Assembly: GCA_964016885.1 (NCBI GenBank)
Contig: OZ024746.1
Location: forward strand, 74,524,001-74,588,000
Length of the DNA stretch: 64,000 bases
Origin: Eledone cirrhosa
Taxonomy: Eukaryota
Direction: 5' to 3'
Part shown: in pieces, positions 25,870 to 40,599 of the stretch
How the letters are laid out: each line of letters starts with the position of its first letter
Position numbering within the stretch: the first letter of the stretch is position 1
The notes under the pieces: generated by a model
Told to the model about the DNA's origin: nothing
The model's database searches: none
What the model saw: only the letters and a program-made list of their open reading frames with translations
Translations under genes and position numbers: made by a program

Positions 25870-27287
25870 TTGTGCGTTATATATAATGTAGGACACAAAG
25901 GGTGTGTATGTCTGTATGTGTGTGGAGAGAGAGGGACTGTGAGATAATGAACGTATCAATTACGTTCTGATAGCATCTGTGTCCTTTTCTATAGATCTAT
26001 CTTTACATTTATCTCGATTTCTATCTACCTATCTGCCTATCTACCCACTTATCTCTGTTTTTCAGTACGTGGCTCTCTCTATGGACACTATCAATAGCTT
26101 CAAACTCTTCCAGCTTTATATTTACTATAGTTTCGTTGCATGCCAAATAAAGTATTTAATAAACGTTTTAAATCGATATCGTGGTTTCCTGATACAAAAG
26201 ATATTATTTTCTGACAGATGTGAAAGACTCATTCTTGTACATAATACATGCGAAACCATTGAAGGCAGAGCAATTGGTTTCAAGGATCCGTATTCAACTT
26301 GTTATGAAGTAGACTATTTTGTATTTTTATTCACTAAATCCATGGCATTGAGTGATTGTTTCCTTTGTGTGCAAATCACCATCGAGCACTCCGGGATTCT
26401 CCAATTGCTGCTTTTGCTCCAGTAAATTGAGCAGAGGTCATCATACTGCAGCAAAACCCGGTGAAGTAGAATAGATAATAGAGAGACTATATATTGTTCT
26501 TCTTCGCTGCAATAATTTCGCCACCCGGTCGCACGATACAGCAGTTATATGCCGTCCAAACAAAGGTAGTATATTTGGTCCTCTTCCCAGTTTTTACTTC
26601 TTTCGTTTCTTTTCAGTGTTCTTTCTTTTTACCACATTTAGAAATTTCGTTTTAAACATACTTATTGCCTCTTGATTTCGGCTGATGGAAAGTTGTAATC
26701 GGGAAGGTAATGGAGAAATGCTTTCCTATATTTAGTTCTCCTTTCTGTATAACCGTTTCCTGCTGTGCTGTACCACTGTCCATCATTGGATGGTTCCATT
26801 AACTTATTCATTTCTCCTGGTCCTTCAGTCAGTCTATCACCATTTCTAAAGAAAGAATTCTCTACATCTAAGCCTATCGTTAAAAATTACTAAATATCTA
26901 TGAGATTTCCTTCTTTCTGGGTAATGGAAATTGCAGAATAAACACTTTGAAATACATTTGTAAAAGATAGGAATGTATCGTTCTCATGCGTTGGCACTTA
27001 AATCTATGTTCCTGCTCATTACTTTTTTTTTAAATTTAAAATTGCCATATCTTCTATATAAACCAAGTAATTGTTTGGTGTCAGCTTAAACTGCACATAT
27101 AAATATATAATATGATTTTGTAGAGATATACTTAACACAAGAGATGGATTAGCAGGTCATTTGTTGTGGAACCATTAACCCCGCGGAAAGAAAATATAAT
27201 GATACGTGCTTAAGTCCTTTCAGAATCGGTTGCAGTTTATGTATCAAATTTATTACACACACGCGCCCGCCCGCCCCCTCCCATGTA

Positions 27288-27343
<56 letters not shown>

Positions 27344-27384
27344 GATATATTAACAAATTGAAACTATATTTATAAAACCATATT

Positions 27385-27449
27385 TATTTCATTATACATA
27401 TTTCAAGGACACCAGGTCAAATTATGTTGCGCTTTCATCAGATAAAATA
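27385..27449 (-). ncRNA. Type I hammerhead in the left PLE pseudo-LTR
   Basis: Reverse complement of 30377-30441. Confidence 0.7.
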
Positions 27450-28083
27450 TAATATAGATCAGTTTTATAAATAAATATTGACATACCCTTAAAGAATGCG
27501 ACCTTTCTGTTGGAAGCGCCCGGATAGTGAGGTTATTAAATTTATTTAGTCTATTATGCAAATTAGTGTCGGATATGTTTAAATCACAGTAGATTTAAAA
27601 TAGGCCGTTGGAGTATGGAAAAAGAAAAAAAGGAAAAGAGAAAGAAAAAAGAGAAAAGAAAGAGCAAACTCTAAGAGGAAAAGAAGAAAACAAAAGAAAA
27701 CAAAAGAAAGAGAAATAGAAAGAGAAAGAGAAAAAGAAAGAGAAAGAGAAAGAAAGAGAAATAGAAAGAGAGAGCCCTAAGTAATAGGTTGTTGTATTAA
27801 CGTAAATTTTAAGATGAAGCGAAAAAATAAATATTTATTGGATGAGTTAGGCAGAGTAAGCGTGAATAGAAAATAAATAAATAATAATAACCGGAGAATT
27901 TTATCTAATGTTTAAATTTGATTAAATGTTTAGTTTATCAATTAAATTATCAATTAAATTATTGAGATCTATACATTAAAAATTGAGATCTATATATTAT
28001 TAAAATCTATATATTAATAAAAACTATATATTATTAAAAAATTTATATATTATTAAAAAGAATATATTCATATATATATACAT

Positions 28084-28170
<87 letters not shown>

Positions 28171-28440
28171 AAAAGATTTTTTATGTTTAAGATATAGGAA
28201 TTTTTTTTAACTTATGGAAATTCATAGATTTTTCGGAGAAATCGTTTCTATGTAATAGCAATACAGCGTGAAGGAAATTAAGTTATTTACTCATATTAAA
28301 TAGTAATAATGAGTAATATCTATGTGTTCTAGGGAAGCATTTGTCAAGAGCTTTAAAGAATAGTTTAGCAATAGGAGTTTTAATATTTAATATTTTAACA
28401 ACTATAATAGAAAACCTTACAATAATTCGGAAAACAAAAA

Positions 28441-29147
28441 AGAAATAGAACTAGGAATATATTATGGTTTGCTCCTCCTTTCTCATTAAATATTAAAACT
28501 CCTATTGCTAAACTATTCTTTAAAGCTCTTGACAAATGCTTCCCTAGAACACATAGATATTACTCAATATTTAATAGACATACTATAAAATTAACTTATT
28601 CAACCACCAATAATTTAGCGCAGAATATTAATAGAATTAATAATAGAAACTTAAAACCTAACCAAAATACCACTAACAACCCTAGCAATATCCAATATAA
28701 TAATACAGCTCCTAGTGACTTGAATTTTGATAAATGTAACTGTAGAAATAAATCTAACTGTCCGTTAAATAACAATTGTTTAGCTAAAAATATAGTATAT
28801 AATTGTAATGTAAAAACTAATTTATACTCATTTAATTATGTAGGAACTACTTTCAAATCTCGTTTTAATAACCATAAATGATCTTTTACGAATTTAAACA
28901 AAAGATCTTCAACTTCTCTATCTAGCCTATTATGGGACCTTAAATCAAAGAACATTAAATATTCTTTACTTTGGAATATTTTTCAAAAGCTCCTCCATTT
29001 AACTCCTCTTCCGAAAATTGTGATCTTTGTATCGAGGAAATATTCTTTATATTAAAAAGCAAAAATTCCGTCAACGTAAGAAACAATCTTTTCAGTTGCT
29101 GCAAACATAGATTGAAATCAACGTTTAAATATAAATTTAAAATGTAA
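28441..29147 (+). pseudogene. PLE ORF C-terminus: linker plus GIY-YIG endonuclease (Hydra-clade-like cysteine pattern)
   Basis: RNILWFAPPFSLNIKTPIAKLFFKALDKCFP..IFNRHTIKLTYS..CNCRNKSNCPLNNNCLAKNIVY..NYVGTTFKSRFNNHK*SF...TSLSSLLW..WNI / CDLCIEE..VRNNLFSCCKHR; TGA at 28879 and a frameshift near 28982. Confidence 0.88.
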
Positions 29148-30376
29148 TATATAACTCATTCTATTAAATCTACTGAACCTATCGATAAATCATTAGATTC
29201 CTTCATTTGACTGCTTAAAACTTTCCTTAACATTTTTTCTAGATAAACATACTGAAAGCTTTTAAATGAGAGAGATTTTTGGAAAATATATTTTTTTTAA
29301 AAGTTTCTCCTATTTTTTGAAAATTTCTCTTTTTTTGAAAATTTCTCTTTCTTTGAAAATTTCTCGTATGGTTATAAAAAATGAAGTTAAGCATACTGAG
29401 AGTTAAATATTATATAAAAAAAATTAAAATTCATTTTTATACTGAATTTTTTATATATATTCTTGTATATTTTAAAAAAATTATATCTTCAAATATTTTT
29501 TAAAATTATATTGTTTTAAAGTTATATTGCTTAAAATTCTATGAATATATTTCCAAATTGTAATTCCTCTTAAAATTATAATATTTTTAAAATTATAACT
29601 TATTTTTTATTTTATATTATGTACTTTATATTTATCTATCTATATATGATGTATGTCTACCTATATGTGTATATATATGTGTATGTATCTATATATGGGT
29701 TGTGTATCTCTGTGTATATATATGTATGGGTACATGTGTCTATGTCTCTATGTATATATATATACAATTCGAATACACTCTGTTATAAAAGGTTTCTTAC
29801 GGTTTATGCTAAACAAACTTATATTATAACAGTCACAACTATATAACAGGTGGATTTATGAGATATATAAAATTTATAAAATTTATAAAATTATAACTTA
29901 CTATTAAATAATATAAGGTTTTTATAATCTTAACTTTCTTTTATAATCTTAAAATTCTCCGGTTATTATTATTTATTTATTTTCTATTCACGCTTATTTA
30001 CTCTGCCTAACTCATCCAATAAATATTTATTTTTTCGCTTCATCTTAAAAGTTACGTTAATACAACAACCTATCACTTAGGGCTTTCTCTTTCTCTTTCT
30101 CTTTCTCTTTCTTTTTCTCTTTCTCTTTCTTTTTTTTCTTTTGTTTTCTTCTTTTCCACTTAGAGTTTGCTCTTTCTTTTCTCTTTTCCTTTTTCTTTTC
30201 CTTTTTTCATACTCCAACGGCCTATTTTAAATCTGCTTTGATTTAAACATATCCGACACTAATTTGCATAATAGACTAAATCAATTTAATAACCCCACTA
30301 TCCGGGAGCTTCCAACAGAAATGGTCGCATTCTTTAAGGGTATGTCAATATTTATTTATAAAACTGATCTATATTA

Positions 30377-30441
30377 TATTTTATCTGATGAAAGCGCAAC
30401 ATAATTTGACCTGGTGTCCTTGAAATATGTATAATGAAATA
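30377..30441 (+). ncRNA. Type I hammerhead in the right PLE pseudo-LTR
   Basis: UAUUUUAU-CUGAUGA-AAG...CUU-GAAA-UAUGUAUA^AUGAAAUA; stem II is imperfect. Confidence 0.7.
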
Positions 30442-30570
30442 AATATGGTTTTATAAATATAGTTTCAATTTGTTAATATATCGTATTTTTACTCCAATAA
30501 ATTGTTGAGTGCTTTATATCAGTTATAAAAATATTTGCTTGTTGTATCCCAACAATTTAAATATAACTTC

Positions 30571-30635
<65 letters not shown>

Positions 30636-31512
30636 TACGTACATTTGACTAATGACATAGGATCCTGACTGGAGCGAAGAGGACCTGTGACGGAAATGAG
30701 AGATACTCGTGACTGGAGTGGAGGGTACACTTGACTGGAGAAAAAGACTCCTGTGTATATGGCAGCGGCAAGTGAGTTGCAATCGCGAATCCGTCGCCAT
30801 AATGGCACCACCACCGAATAAAACCTCACACAACAAAAGAGAAAAGCAGATAATCTCTCCTACCCTGAGAAAGCGAAGGAGAATAAGGGCTACTGAATAA
30901 GGATCAGAAATGAACAGGGACATGAAACTCGAAGGTGATTTAAACAAACGTATACAGTTTTCAAAGGGTGGAGCAATTAGGCCGACGGAGGCAGTTTAAT
31001 ACGCTGACAGGCCTTCGGATTCACATGTCAAGAAGGTGTATGAAGAATCGCAATGTCAATCAGATGATAACTATTGATAGTGCCCATAAAGCACACCACA
31101 CTGGTACGACAAATGTCCCGGAGAAGACAGTGAGGGCAAGCGAATGAAGCCTAAATCAAATGAGCTGTCTACCTACAAGACGATCGAACGTGCATCACTG
31201 ACGATATTGGGCAAAGTTTTATTAGAAAAAGAGCTCCAAATACTTGCTGATTTGATCTGCCACACAGGTGGGGAAAGATTTGGCACACTAAGTGGAGACG
31301 GGAAAAAGAATGTTTCAAGAAGGAAAAATGAGGATTCACGTCTTAGAATTAGAAGGGAGAAGAACGTGTCGAGGAGCAGATGAATTGATGCAAGGGTAGT
31401 AGAAAAGTACCTTTGAAAGTTTTATAAAACGCTGCTAAGCCGCTCTCCTGCTAACTGACATGAATTGTGAGAAGAAAGAAAACAATACAGCTTAGGCAGC
31501 AGTACCAAGGTA

Positions 31513-31999
31513 GGTCATCAATAATAAATCCCTCGGCGGGAGTTGAACTCAGACTGTAAAGGGCCGTAACTCTATGCTGCAAAGAATGGTGAGCGACTCC
31601 CTATCGATACTGCCAATCCACCGTCCGAGGTCATCAATAATAATAATGGCTTCTTATATAGGCACAAGGCCAGCAATTATGGGGGAGAGGAAAGTCGATT
31701 AAATCGACCCCAGTGCGTGACTGGTACTTTATTTTATCGACCCCGTAAGGATGAAAGGCAACGTTAACCTCGGTGGGATTTGAACTCAGACCGTAAAGGG
31801 TCGTAACTCTATGCTGCAAAGAATGGTGAGCGACTCCCTATCGATACTGCCAATCCACCGTCTGAGGTCATCAATAATAATAATTGTTTCTACTTTTGGC
31901 ACAAGGCCAGCTATTATGTCAGTTTATTACTGGTACTTTATTTTATCGACCCCGTAAGGATGAAAGGCAAAGCTAACCTCGGTCATCAATAATAATAAT
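31513..31999 (-). mobile_element. Head-to-tail multimer of tRNA-SINE segments
   Basis: Three SINE segments separated by GGTCATCAATAATAA at 31513, 31629, 31866 and 31981. Confidence 0.85.
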
Positions 32000-32162
32000 G
32001 AAACGATTTCAAATGAAGTGCACAACACCCAGTAGGGAATACAACTCAGGACCTCACATTTTTTAGACAAGCACATTAAAAACAAGGTCACTTACCTTCA
32101 GGCAGGCACAGACACACACTTACAGACGCACACCCACTCACTCATAGTAACACACACACACA

Positions 32163-32264
<102 letters not shown>

Positions 32265-32550
32265 CATATATTATACCTATATGCGTGTGACACTTGTACG
32301 CCTCACTATATTACCCTTTATTACCACCAACATCACTTTTATCATCACCCCTACTACAAACAGCACACGCATAACGCTGTTGGTGTCAATTGTTGTTATG
32401 TATGCAACATGGTGGGTTTGTTATTCTCCATTTTATATTGAATAGCTATGTTTGATGACATTCCGGTAATAATGTAGGATCAAAATCTCTCCTTCGCTCT
32501 CTCTATCTCTCTCTCTTTCTCTATATATTTAAATATATATAAATATATAA

Positions 32551-32583
<33 letters not shown>

Positions 32584-32794
32584 GAGTGAGCTAAGTTCCT
32601 GTATGTTTGACTGATTAGATCTACAGATAACTCCAACACTTCACAGACAGGAGACAGCTGGACATTAGATATGACAGATAACAATCAACATGTTGTTTAT
32701 TAAAGATCAGGAAGTTGTCAGGGAGGAAATTCCAGTGCAAGGATTGTTCTTCTCAATAAATCAACAATACGCAACAGAACAATCACGCACACAC

Positions 32795-32964
<170 letters not shown>

Positions 32965-35279
32965 TAAAAACAACTTAGTAAATGATAAATGGAAACTCTA
33001 AATAAATATATATTAATCCATAGATATATTCATAAAACATGGATATGATAATCATATGCACATTTATTCATAACTACAGTGTCTTAATAGATTTGTTATT
33101 AAATTTTGGTCGTCAATCTTGCATTGTTATGTAATTTTCTTTACGCCTATAGTAGTTTATTTGTGGTTTTATATGAACATATATAAAGTAAACAGTTGTG
33201 AAATAAATACTTACCAATGGTACATGGAATTGGCTCCGTTGCTTACAACGATTTACATGTGTTCAATCTACAGAAATGCCTGCTGTTGAAAGTAATGTGC
33301 ATATGACTTAGCGCTCCATAGACACGTACACAATTAATGTGATTCTCAGAGATGCAGCTTAAAATAATATATGGCAAGGTTATTCATTAGAATTACAGGT
33401 ACAATCCATTCGATGGTCTTTCAAACATGCGTGTCAACCCGAGGATGTTAAATAACACTTATCCTAAATAGTAAGCGGTGGAATCAAGCTCCAAGCCTTA
33501 TCATTTCTATTTCATAACTATTTCTCTGAATGATTAGAACATTGGCCGTTTATAGGCCGTTTATACTTTAGTTTCTGAGTGGTTCTTGCGTGGTTTACTT
33601 TGTCTTTCACGCCTAAGATAAAGTAACCACCAATTGCAATCTACCAAGTGTACTGTACGACATTGTGCCGATGTTATGTATGTAATAATTATATAATTAT
33701 ATGTTGCATAGTAGAATGTCTACAGCAACAGCCTACTTGTATCACTGCATTTAAGGATATTTCTTTTACTTTCTCAATTCACACCCCACTCATGTATAAT
33801 TCATATTCCGTCTTTACAGGGCCGGAATACTAAATATTAATAATATAATAGTGTATCAATTTGGTGGAGTAAACTCTAACCCAGTAATTGTGTTTCCTAT
33901 GTTCCAAAATAAGAAAACGATCTTAATAGATACGATGATATCGGGAAAATTTATTGTAATGCCTTTGATTGTCTTAATTAGGTGTATGGTAGCCTTGATT
34001 GTCTTAATTAGGTGTATGGTAGCCAGGTTAGCATTTTTTCTAATCGTTGCTATTTGATCACTGACTTTTATCTTTATAACTAGATGTATTTTTTCGTCAA
34101 TAAGGAGATTTTCTGTGGTTTATAGTTCTTGATTATTTCTATCTTTATTCTATTGTGGCTTGAATTACATCTACAAGTTTTATTTGAGTAACATCTTCCT
34201 CCTTGTGTTGTCTTTCATTTGTAACTTTAACAGTGTTGTGCTGAATTGTTTTTGTTTTTTTTATTGTTCAGTACTCTGTACGTCTTCTGTGGTTGCATTT
34301 TGTTGTTTAAATTATCTGTTTGGGTTATGTTGTTTCTATCTTCACGTTCTAAACTTTCAATATTTATGTTCTTTAGTTGTTCTGTGTTCGTTATTTGTGT
34401 TTCCCTATTATAGGAAAACACAAATAAGTTGCTCTATTTCAATTGTTTATATTTTTTGTTTTTAATATATATATTTTCAGATTTGCTAGTTTGTTGATTT
34501 TAAGTTTTAGATTAGTGTGAGTAATTTTTCTCTCGGATTTTATGAGTATACATTTTTTTTTTTTTTTTTTTTTTTTTTTCATTTTATGGTACAGTCTTGC
34601 TGTGAAATATGCATAAGGAATAGAAATATCTCCATCCCATGTCCATTTGTTTGTATTTTTAAATTTATTTATAATGTCATTATTTTTGTAGGATACCAGT
34701 TTTTTCGTTTCTATGCGTTTAGGATTTTGCACGCATGAGTCTTCGTATTTTTTCCTTAAACTGAAAGAATGTTTATTCTTTTCTGCAGAATTGTACGGTT
34801 TCTATTTGTTTTATCTTTAGAGTTTGTTGAGTTTGTCTGTGATTGTTTTATCTTTTTAGTCGTCTTTCGTTATCCACATCATTTCATAGAATTAACATTT
34901 GTAATACATCGAAAATCAATACATTTCATGAGTGTTACGTAAATGCCTGAGATATCTTTGTTTCTTCCCTTTTGATGTATTGTTTCTTTAGTTATTAAGC
35001 CTTCCTCGTCGGGTTCTGGTTGATATTCAACTAGTTGCACTTTTCGTACGTGATACCAATGTCAACTAAGGAATGTATATTATAGAACCAAGCCATACAT
35101 GAAATATATTTTTGGTAGAGCAAGATTGGTTCATTTTTTACATATTCGTCTTCATTTTCTGATTAGATTCACTCTTGTTTTAGTGATATTAATGGATCAC
35201 ATTCAAATATTGCTAGGCGTTTCATTATAACTGACCATGATGGTATTCAACTTTCAGTTCATTGCCATGGAACTGAGAT

Positions 35280-35645
35280 AAAAGATCTTATTTTTCAAGC
35301 TGTTCCAAGCAGTGATGTTTTCTATGTTTTCCACTCGTATTGCAACCTTTGTTCGTTTTATGTATTTCTCAAAATCTTTTCTAACAACTCCAACTATCAT
35401 TTGTATTGCAGTCACATTTTTCAGTAACCACAAATGTTTAACCTCCCAAGCTAACGCCTCGTATCTATTGACTTTTTCCCTTCTTCATCGTATACCTTGA
35501 TGTCAGTTGGATATGCTATATCTATGATCCGACTCTGTTTGCTTTCTTTCTCAATTATCACACCTGGTTTTCTATACTCCATCTTATGGGCACAATATCA
35601 CAAAGTCACACAGGATCTTTGCATTATCATTTTCGATAACATTCT
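35280..35645 (-). pseudogene. R4/Dong-clade LINE, restriction-like endonuclease fragment
   Basis: Minus-strand translation ENDNAKILCDF..HKMEYRKPGVIIEKESKQSRIIDIAYPTD (cf. EN..AKILWDF..RKPDIVI..K....IIDIA.P.D). Confidence 0.7.
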
Positions 35646-36562
35646 TGTTGTCCTGACGCCTCAGGTATTCTTTCTGAGCCAGTGGTGTGCATTGACTAGT
35701 AATATTTACCACAAATTCTACACATAATTCTTTCTGCTTGGGTCTCCTCTGTGTTTGATGTAATTAGTTATTAAGTCATATTTTCCCGATTTTAAATCAG
35801 GTTTAGCCATTTATAACCATCTTTATCCATGTTCTATCTTCATTTGTCTATGCATTCGGTTTTTTTAAACCTATTTTCAGTTTTTTTTCCATTTTCAAAA
35901 GCTTTTACTGTGTTTTATCTTTGCAATCTTCAACTTTACACAACCTTGACCTTCTTACTTCAACAATAGCGGTTCTGTGATATGTTCATGTGCTAAGCCA
36001 CCTACCACGTTCTAATGCTGTCTTCGCACTACCCAATCAGTTCTATTCATTCACTTATTCTTGGTACATATAACCTGACTGTGTAACTGACGACCAAAAC
36101 ATGTGACTTTCAAATCATGATAGGTGCTTCGTTAAAAGCGACCATGATGTTCTGCAGCCCAAACTATTATTATCATTATTACTGAATCTTCTACTGTTTG
36201 TCACGTATCAACAATGACTTTAGACAGAGTATTTTCTTAAATGTATGGTCTATTCTTAATACGAGAGAAGTTTCTAGAACAATTTGTGATTCGAGAATCA
36301 GCATCAGTGTTATTTTGTCCAGAGTACCGACGACAACTGTCATTATCTTAATCCCTACGGTGCCTTGATGTTGATTTCATATGTTATTTCGCTTTTGTAA
36401 TGTACTCAGCGTCTCTGGTGGTTATGACCAACAAAAGAAAATACTATTGTTGTAGTAGTTTTATTTCTATTGTGTGCTTACACTGCACAACTGTTTCTAT
36501 TGAATGTATTCTACGTAATATATGTATAATGTATTTAAGTTGTGGAAATATTACATAGCAGC

Positions 36563-36825
36563 TACACAGTCTCCAGCGACGAACCCAGGATCTGCTGCAC
36601 TTCGGGCCGAGGAGGGTAGACTCTCCGACAGGTTTGCCGTCGAGCCCGTATCAGTGGGGACTCCTGATGTCCTTGGCCCAAGGGCCACCTCCCTACTCAC
36701 CACCATCAATACAAAGTTGGCTATCGCAGGTGTGAGCCTCGCGAGCTGGAATGGCTCTTCCAGCGCGGCTCCCTCACCATCCTCCGGGGAAACGCCTTCT
36801 CTATTCTGTCCGCCGAGTCCGTGGG
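36563..36825 (+). pseudogene. Second CRE-clade endonuclease fragment
   Basis: PGSAALRAEE..LSDRFAVEPVSVGTPDVLGPRA.. / EPRELEWLFQRGSLTILRGNAFSILS (frameshifted). Confidence 0.7.
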
Positions 36826-37509
36826 GCGGTCAGCGCATGGGCTTCCATTTGCTCATAATAGAGACGGAGGCAGTGACTGTGGGAGTTTGGTTCCTTTGTG
36901 TTCGGACACCCACTCACACTGTATACAGTTCTTTGGATTTTGCTTTTTGATCATGGAACAGTGAACATATTATGTTGCTTTATGTTGTTCAGGTCAGGTT
37001 TACATTGGATAATTCAAGCCACTGTAGATCATATCCTCACAAAGGTACTACTTTTGTGAACTAGGAAGCCCTATATTTCTCCAGCCAATGTATAGTCAAT
37101 ACAATCAACGAACCCTCATCCTCCCGTCATCCATACCACATTTCGGTTCCAAGAACCCCTTGGTCAAATTTTTAAATTAATATTTCTTATCGAACGCCCC
37201 TATAGACCAGACTATCCCTACAAGCATCATTCTGCAGAAACCAAAGTTAAACCGCTTTTAATTTACTTATCTGGGAAGGCGTAAAAAGATATGGGTAGTA
37301 TATCTTTTTACGCTTTCATCAACAACAGACAAAGAAAGGCTAACTATAAAATTAAATTTGTAAATATTTTACAGATTAAATAAATGTTAAAAAAACATCT
37401 GTTATTGTCTACCTAGGGATAAATAGACTAATGTTCAAAATGTTTTAAATGTTGTGAGCAAAATGAACACATTGGACTGGAGAGAGCAATTATTAATAAT
37501 TGCAGCAAT

Positions 37510-37510
37510 G

Positions 37511-37567
<57 letters not shown>

Positions 37568-37850
37568 ATTTCTCTTAAAAGAATAATAATGATGATGATG
37601 TGGATGTATATGACTTTGAAGAAGATGCTGTGGGAACTAATGATGATAGGAAAGTCTGTGGAGGTGAAAGTGGGGACGACAATGATGATGAGGGAGAGGA
37701 GGAGGAGGAGGAGCTGGTGAAGAATGATGATGATGATGATGATGAGAATAATGTTGATGTTGTCATCAACGATGGCACCTATTACTACGATGATGAGGCA
37801 TATAATGAAGACGATGGCGACGACGGCAACCACATTGATGACGATGAAGA
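37510..37850. repeat. (GTA)n/(GAT)n/(GAG)n trinucleotide field
   Basis: Directly visible. Confidence 0.85.
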
Positions 37851-38161
37851 ATCTGTTGCAGAAAACATTCTTTTGAAAACAATACACTTTCTGATAAGGT
37901 AGTTGCATTTAATCTTCTTCGTTTTTTGTTACTAAACCAGCATATCTCTCCATACCTAAACCACGAGTACATTGTTTTCTACTCTCTCCTTACTTTCGTT
38001 CTTTTTTTCCTTCTTTCTTCACTGTTTTTACATTTCTTTACAATATTTAGTGTTTTATTTCGTGTTTCCTTCAATTAGTTTTCAAAGATATTTTCTCTGT
38101 CAATTTTACTCCATCTAAATCTCTATCATTATATTTCCCTGCTCGCTCTTTCACACAAAAC

Positions 38162-38213
<52 letters not shown>

Positions 38214-38624
38214 TCACACTTCCAGACTTCCAGAAATACACTAACATCCAAATACACAGAAAGATATACAGTCTCAAGTACAAATATATACATACAGTTT
38301 TATAGGGATAAAACAATTCAAAATTTGCTTAATTTTCCATCTTTCTTTTATCTATTATCAATTGAACATTCACTTTTTTTCACTCACTTCCTCTATTGCT
38401 ACTCCGTCACATCATTGGAGAATGCATGTGCGTTTAATATTGAGGGAAAATGAAGGTAGAGGAAGAACTTTAAATTCACCAGCACAGGGAGCGTAAATGT
38501 TCCATGTAAAGGTAGAGAGAAACGTTTGTGTAGATTACCAGCTTGAAACTGTAAGAACAATAATTGTGGTGTCATCATAATATATTTTGATACAAGATAT
38601 AATTAAATTCCATCGGTTTATGTG

Positions 38625-38905
38625 GGTGGAGGCGCGTAGCCTAGTAGTAAGTATGCTGGACTAACGTTCATAATGCCGTGGGTTCGATTCCTAGACTTGG
38701 TTGTTTGTTGTGTTCTTGAGCAAAACATTTCATTTCAAGTCGCTCGAGCATAGTCGGCTAAAATGAGTACCACCAGTAACTGGGTGTTTAATCCTGCGAT
38801 GGATTGTCGTCCTCACCAGAGAGGAGTCCTGTTTTCTCAGCCGCGTAAAGCCACAGAAACCGGGATAATCACCGGCTGATGGTCCTCCGAGCTCGAGAGA
38901 GAATT
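38625..38905 (+). mobile_element. CORE-type tRNA-SINE
   Basis: GGCGCGTAGCCTAGTAGTAAG (A-box), GGTTCGATTCC (B-box), GTGTTCTTGAGCAAAACA (CORE-like). Confidence 0.7.
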
Positions 38906-40244
38906 TAGACTTTTAGCATTTATTTATATGGCTTAAGCAGTCCATTTTCCACTCTATAGTTTCTTTCTCTTTTCTTCAAGAATTCCTACGAACATAACAA
39001 TCCTTAAATTTTCGGTGGTGCAACTATGACGAAGAAGAAACAACGTATCCATACGTGGTCTAATTAATGTATGTAAACTTATTAAATTTAATAAATTATT
39101 GTATTAACGGTGTCATGAAGACAACAGAATTATTTATTGTTGTGGTTGGTCCAATATGGCGATCTCGACAAACTCTCTCACCCCTAGTCGTATGTTCACT
39201 GTTCAACTAAGTAAATCCCATTCTTTTGGATGCGCTGATAACCGGCTTATTAGAATGTGTGTATGTTTATATATGTGTGTTTATATATTTGTGTTCTTGC
39301 TTGTGTAAAGGCACGTAGTATGTGGTTACAGAGTTGGAATTTCAATAGTAAGGTTGTGAGTTCGATTTTCGGACCGACTTCAGTGTTGAATCTTTGATGA
39401 CGGCACTTTGTTAAACTTTGATCCTGTTCACTCAGCTGTGTCGGCCTTTGCTATTCCCTTAGTGGAGAGGAGAGTCTGGTTTACACGGGTGACTGGAATA
39501 AAATATGTGCTCCTGTGGTTAGGGTAAATCAAAGCCGTGCTCTAGTATGACCGCATTCAACTTATTAAAACAAATAAAAAAAAGAACATGACAATGTATA
39601 TAAAAGTAAACAAATTAGTGGATCTAGTTAAACATTCAGTTGTTCGATTAACCGATTACCCTCAATGTGCATACCAATGAGCTAATAAGTATCCCACAGA
39701 AATATATACAATTAATCCAATATCCGAACCGAATCAGAGTAATGCTAATTTACAGAAATGTCAGATGACTGCGTCTCACTCATGTTTCACTTTGCAATAT
39801 CCTCTTCCACTAATGCCAACCACTTCACAGTGTGTACTGGGTGCGTTTTATCATGGAACCACCACTATCTATGGATTTCAATTAATTTTAAAAATAACTA
39901 CTGTATGTCCGGTGCCAAAGAGGCACCTTAATTTTGACAACCAAAAATTTGAATAAAATAAAATAAAACAACCTTCTGCCGCCAGGACCCATGGTAGATT
40001 TTTGAGACGTATTTTACGAAAAAAGTAGGGTCTTCGACGCTGGGAAATACAGTACCTTTCGCATTATTAATTTGATGTTTGAAGCTTAAATTAATAAAAT
40101 GCGATGATAGTATTGGATTCTTTTGTTATTTTATTTATCTATCCAGGAAGAATGAAGATCAAAGTAGAACTTAGAAAGATTTGAACACAGAGCACAGAGA
40201 GCCGAAATCCTAAATAATTCGATATGGCATAGCTAGGTAAGTGA

Positions 40245-40362
40245 ATGCGCGTGGCTGAATGGTAAGAGAATTGAACTCTCAATCGTCAGGTTGTGAGTTC
40301 GATTCCTGGACCGGGCGATGCGTTATGTCCTTGGGCAAAACACTTTATTTCACGTTGCTCCT
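40245..40362 (+). mobile_element. CORE-type tRNA-SINE 5' part
   Basis: GCGCGTGGCTGAATGGTAAG, GAGTTCGATTCC, TGTCCTTGGGCAAAACACTTT. Confidence 0.7.
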
Positions 40363-40536
40363 TCTACCTGGAGTTGCGACAGATAGATAGTATTAGCAAT
40401 TGGAAAGACCAATGGAAACCTTGTTTCCTCGATCCGATTCGACGAAAGTCAATCGACTGTCATAGTGAACGGATTTAAATATTCGTATAACAAATCGTTG
40501 TCTCCTAAGGTTACGTGTTGCAGAGGTGGGTGTGTG

Positions 40537-40599
<63 letters not shown>

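Larger units (their letters stand above)
27341..30572 (+). mobile_element. 5'-truncated Penelope-like retroelement with inverted pseudo-LTRs and 3' tail, inserted in (TA)n
   Basis: Inverted repeats 27341-27903 and 29950-30485, each with a hammerhead; tail 30486-30572; internal GIY-YIG ORF remnant; internal inversion ~28310-28391 vs ~28485-28566. Confidence 0.9.

Noticed and set aside
25979-26460. 148-aa plus-strand ORF and a faint RT-like phrase (LKPIALPSMV) on the minus strand
   Set aside because: No convincing motif series or splice structure; too degenerate to call.
28879-28881. In-frame TGA in the PLE GIY-YIG as possible selenocysteine
   Set aside because: The position is not a conserved cysteine site and the same ORF has a frameshift, so ordinary decay is simpler.
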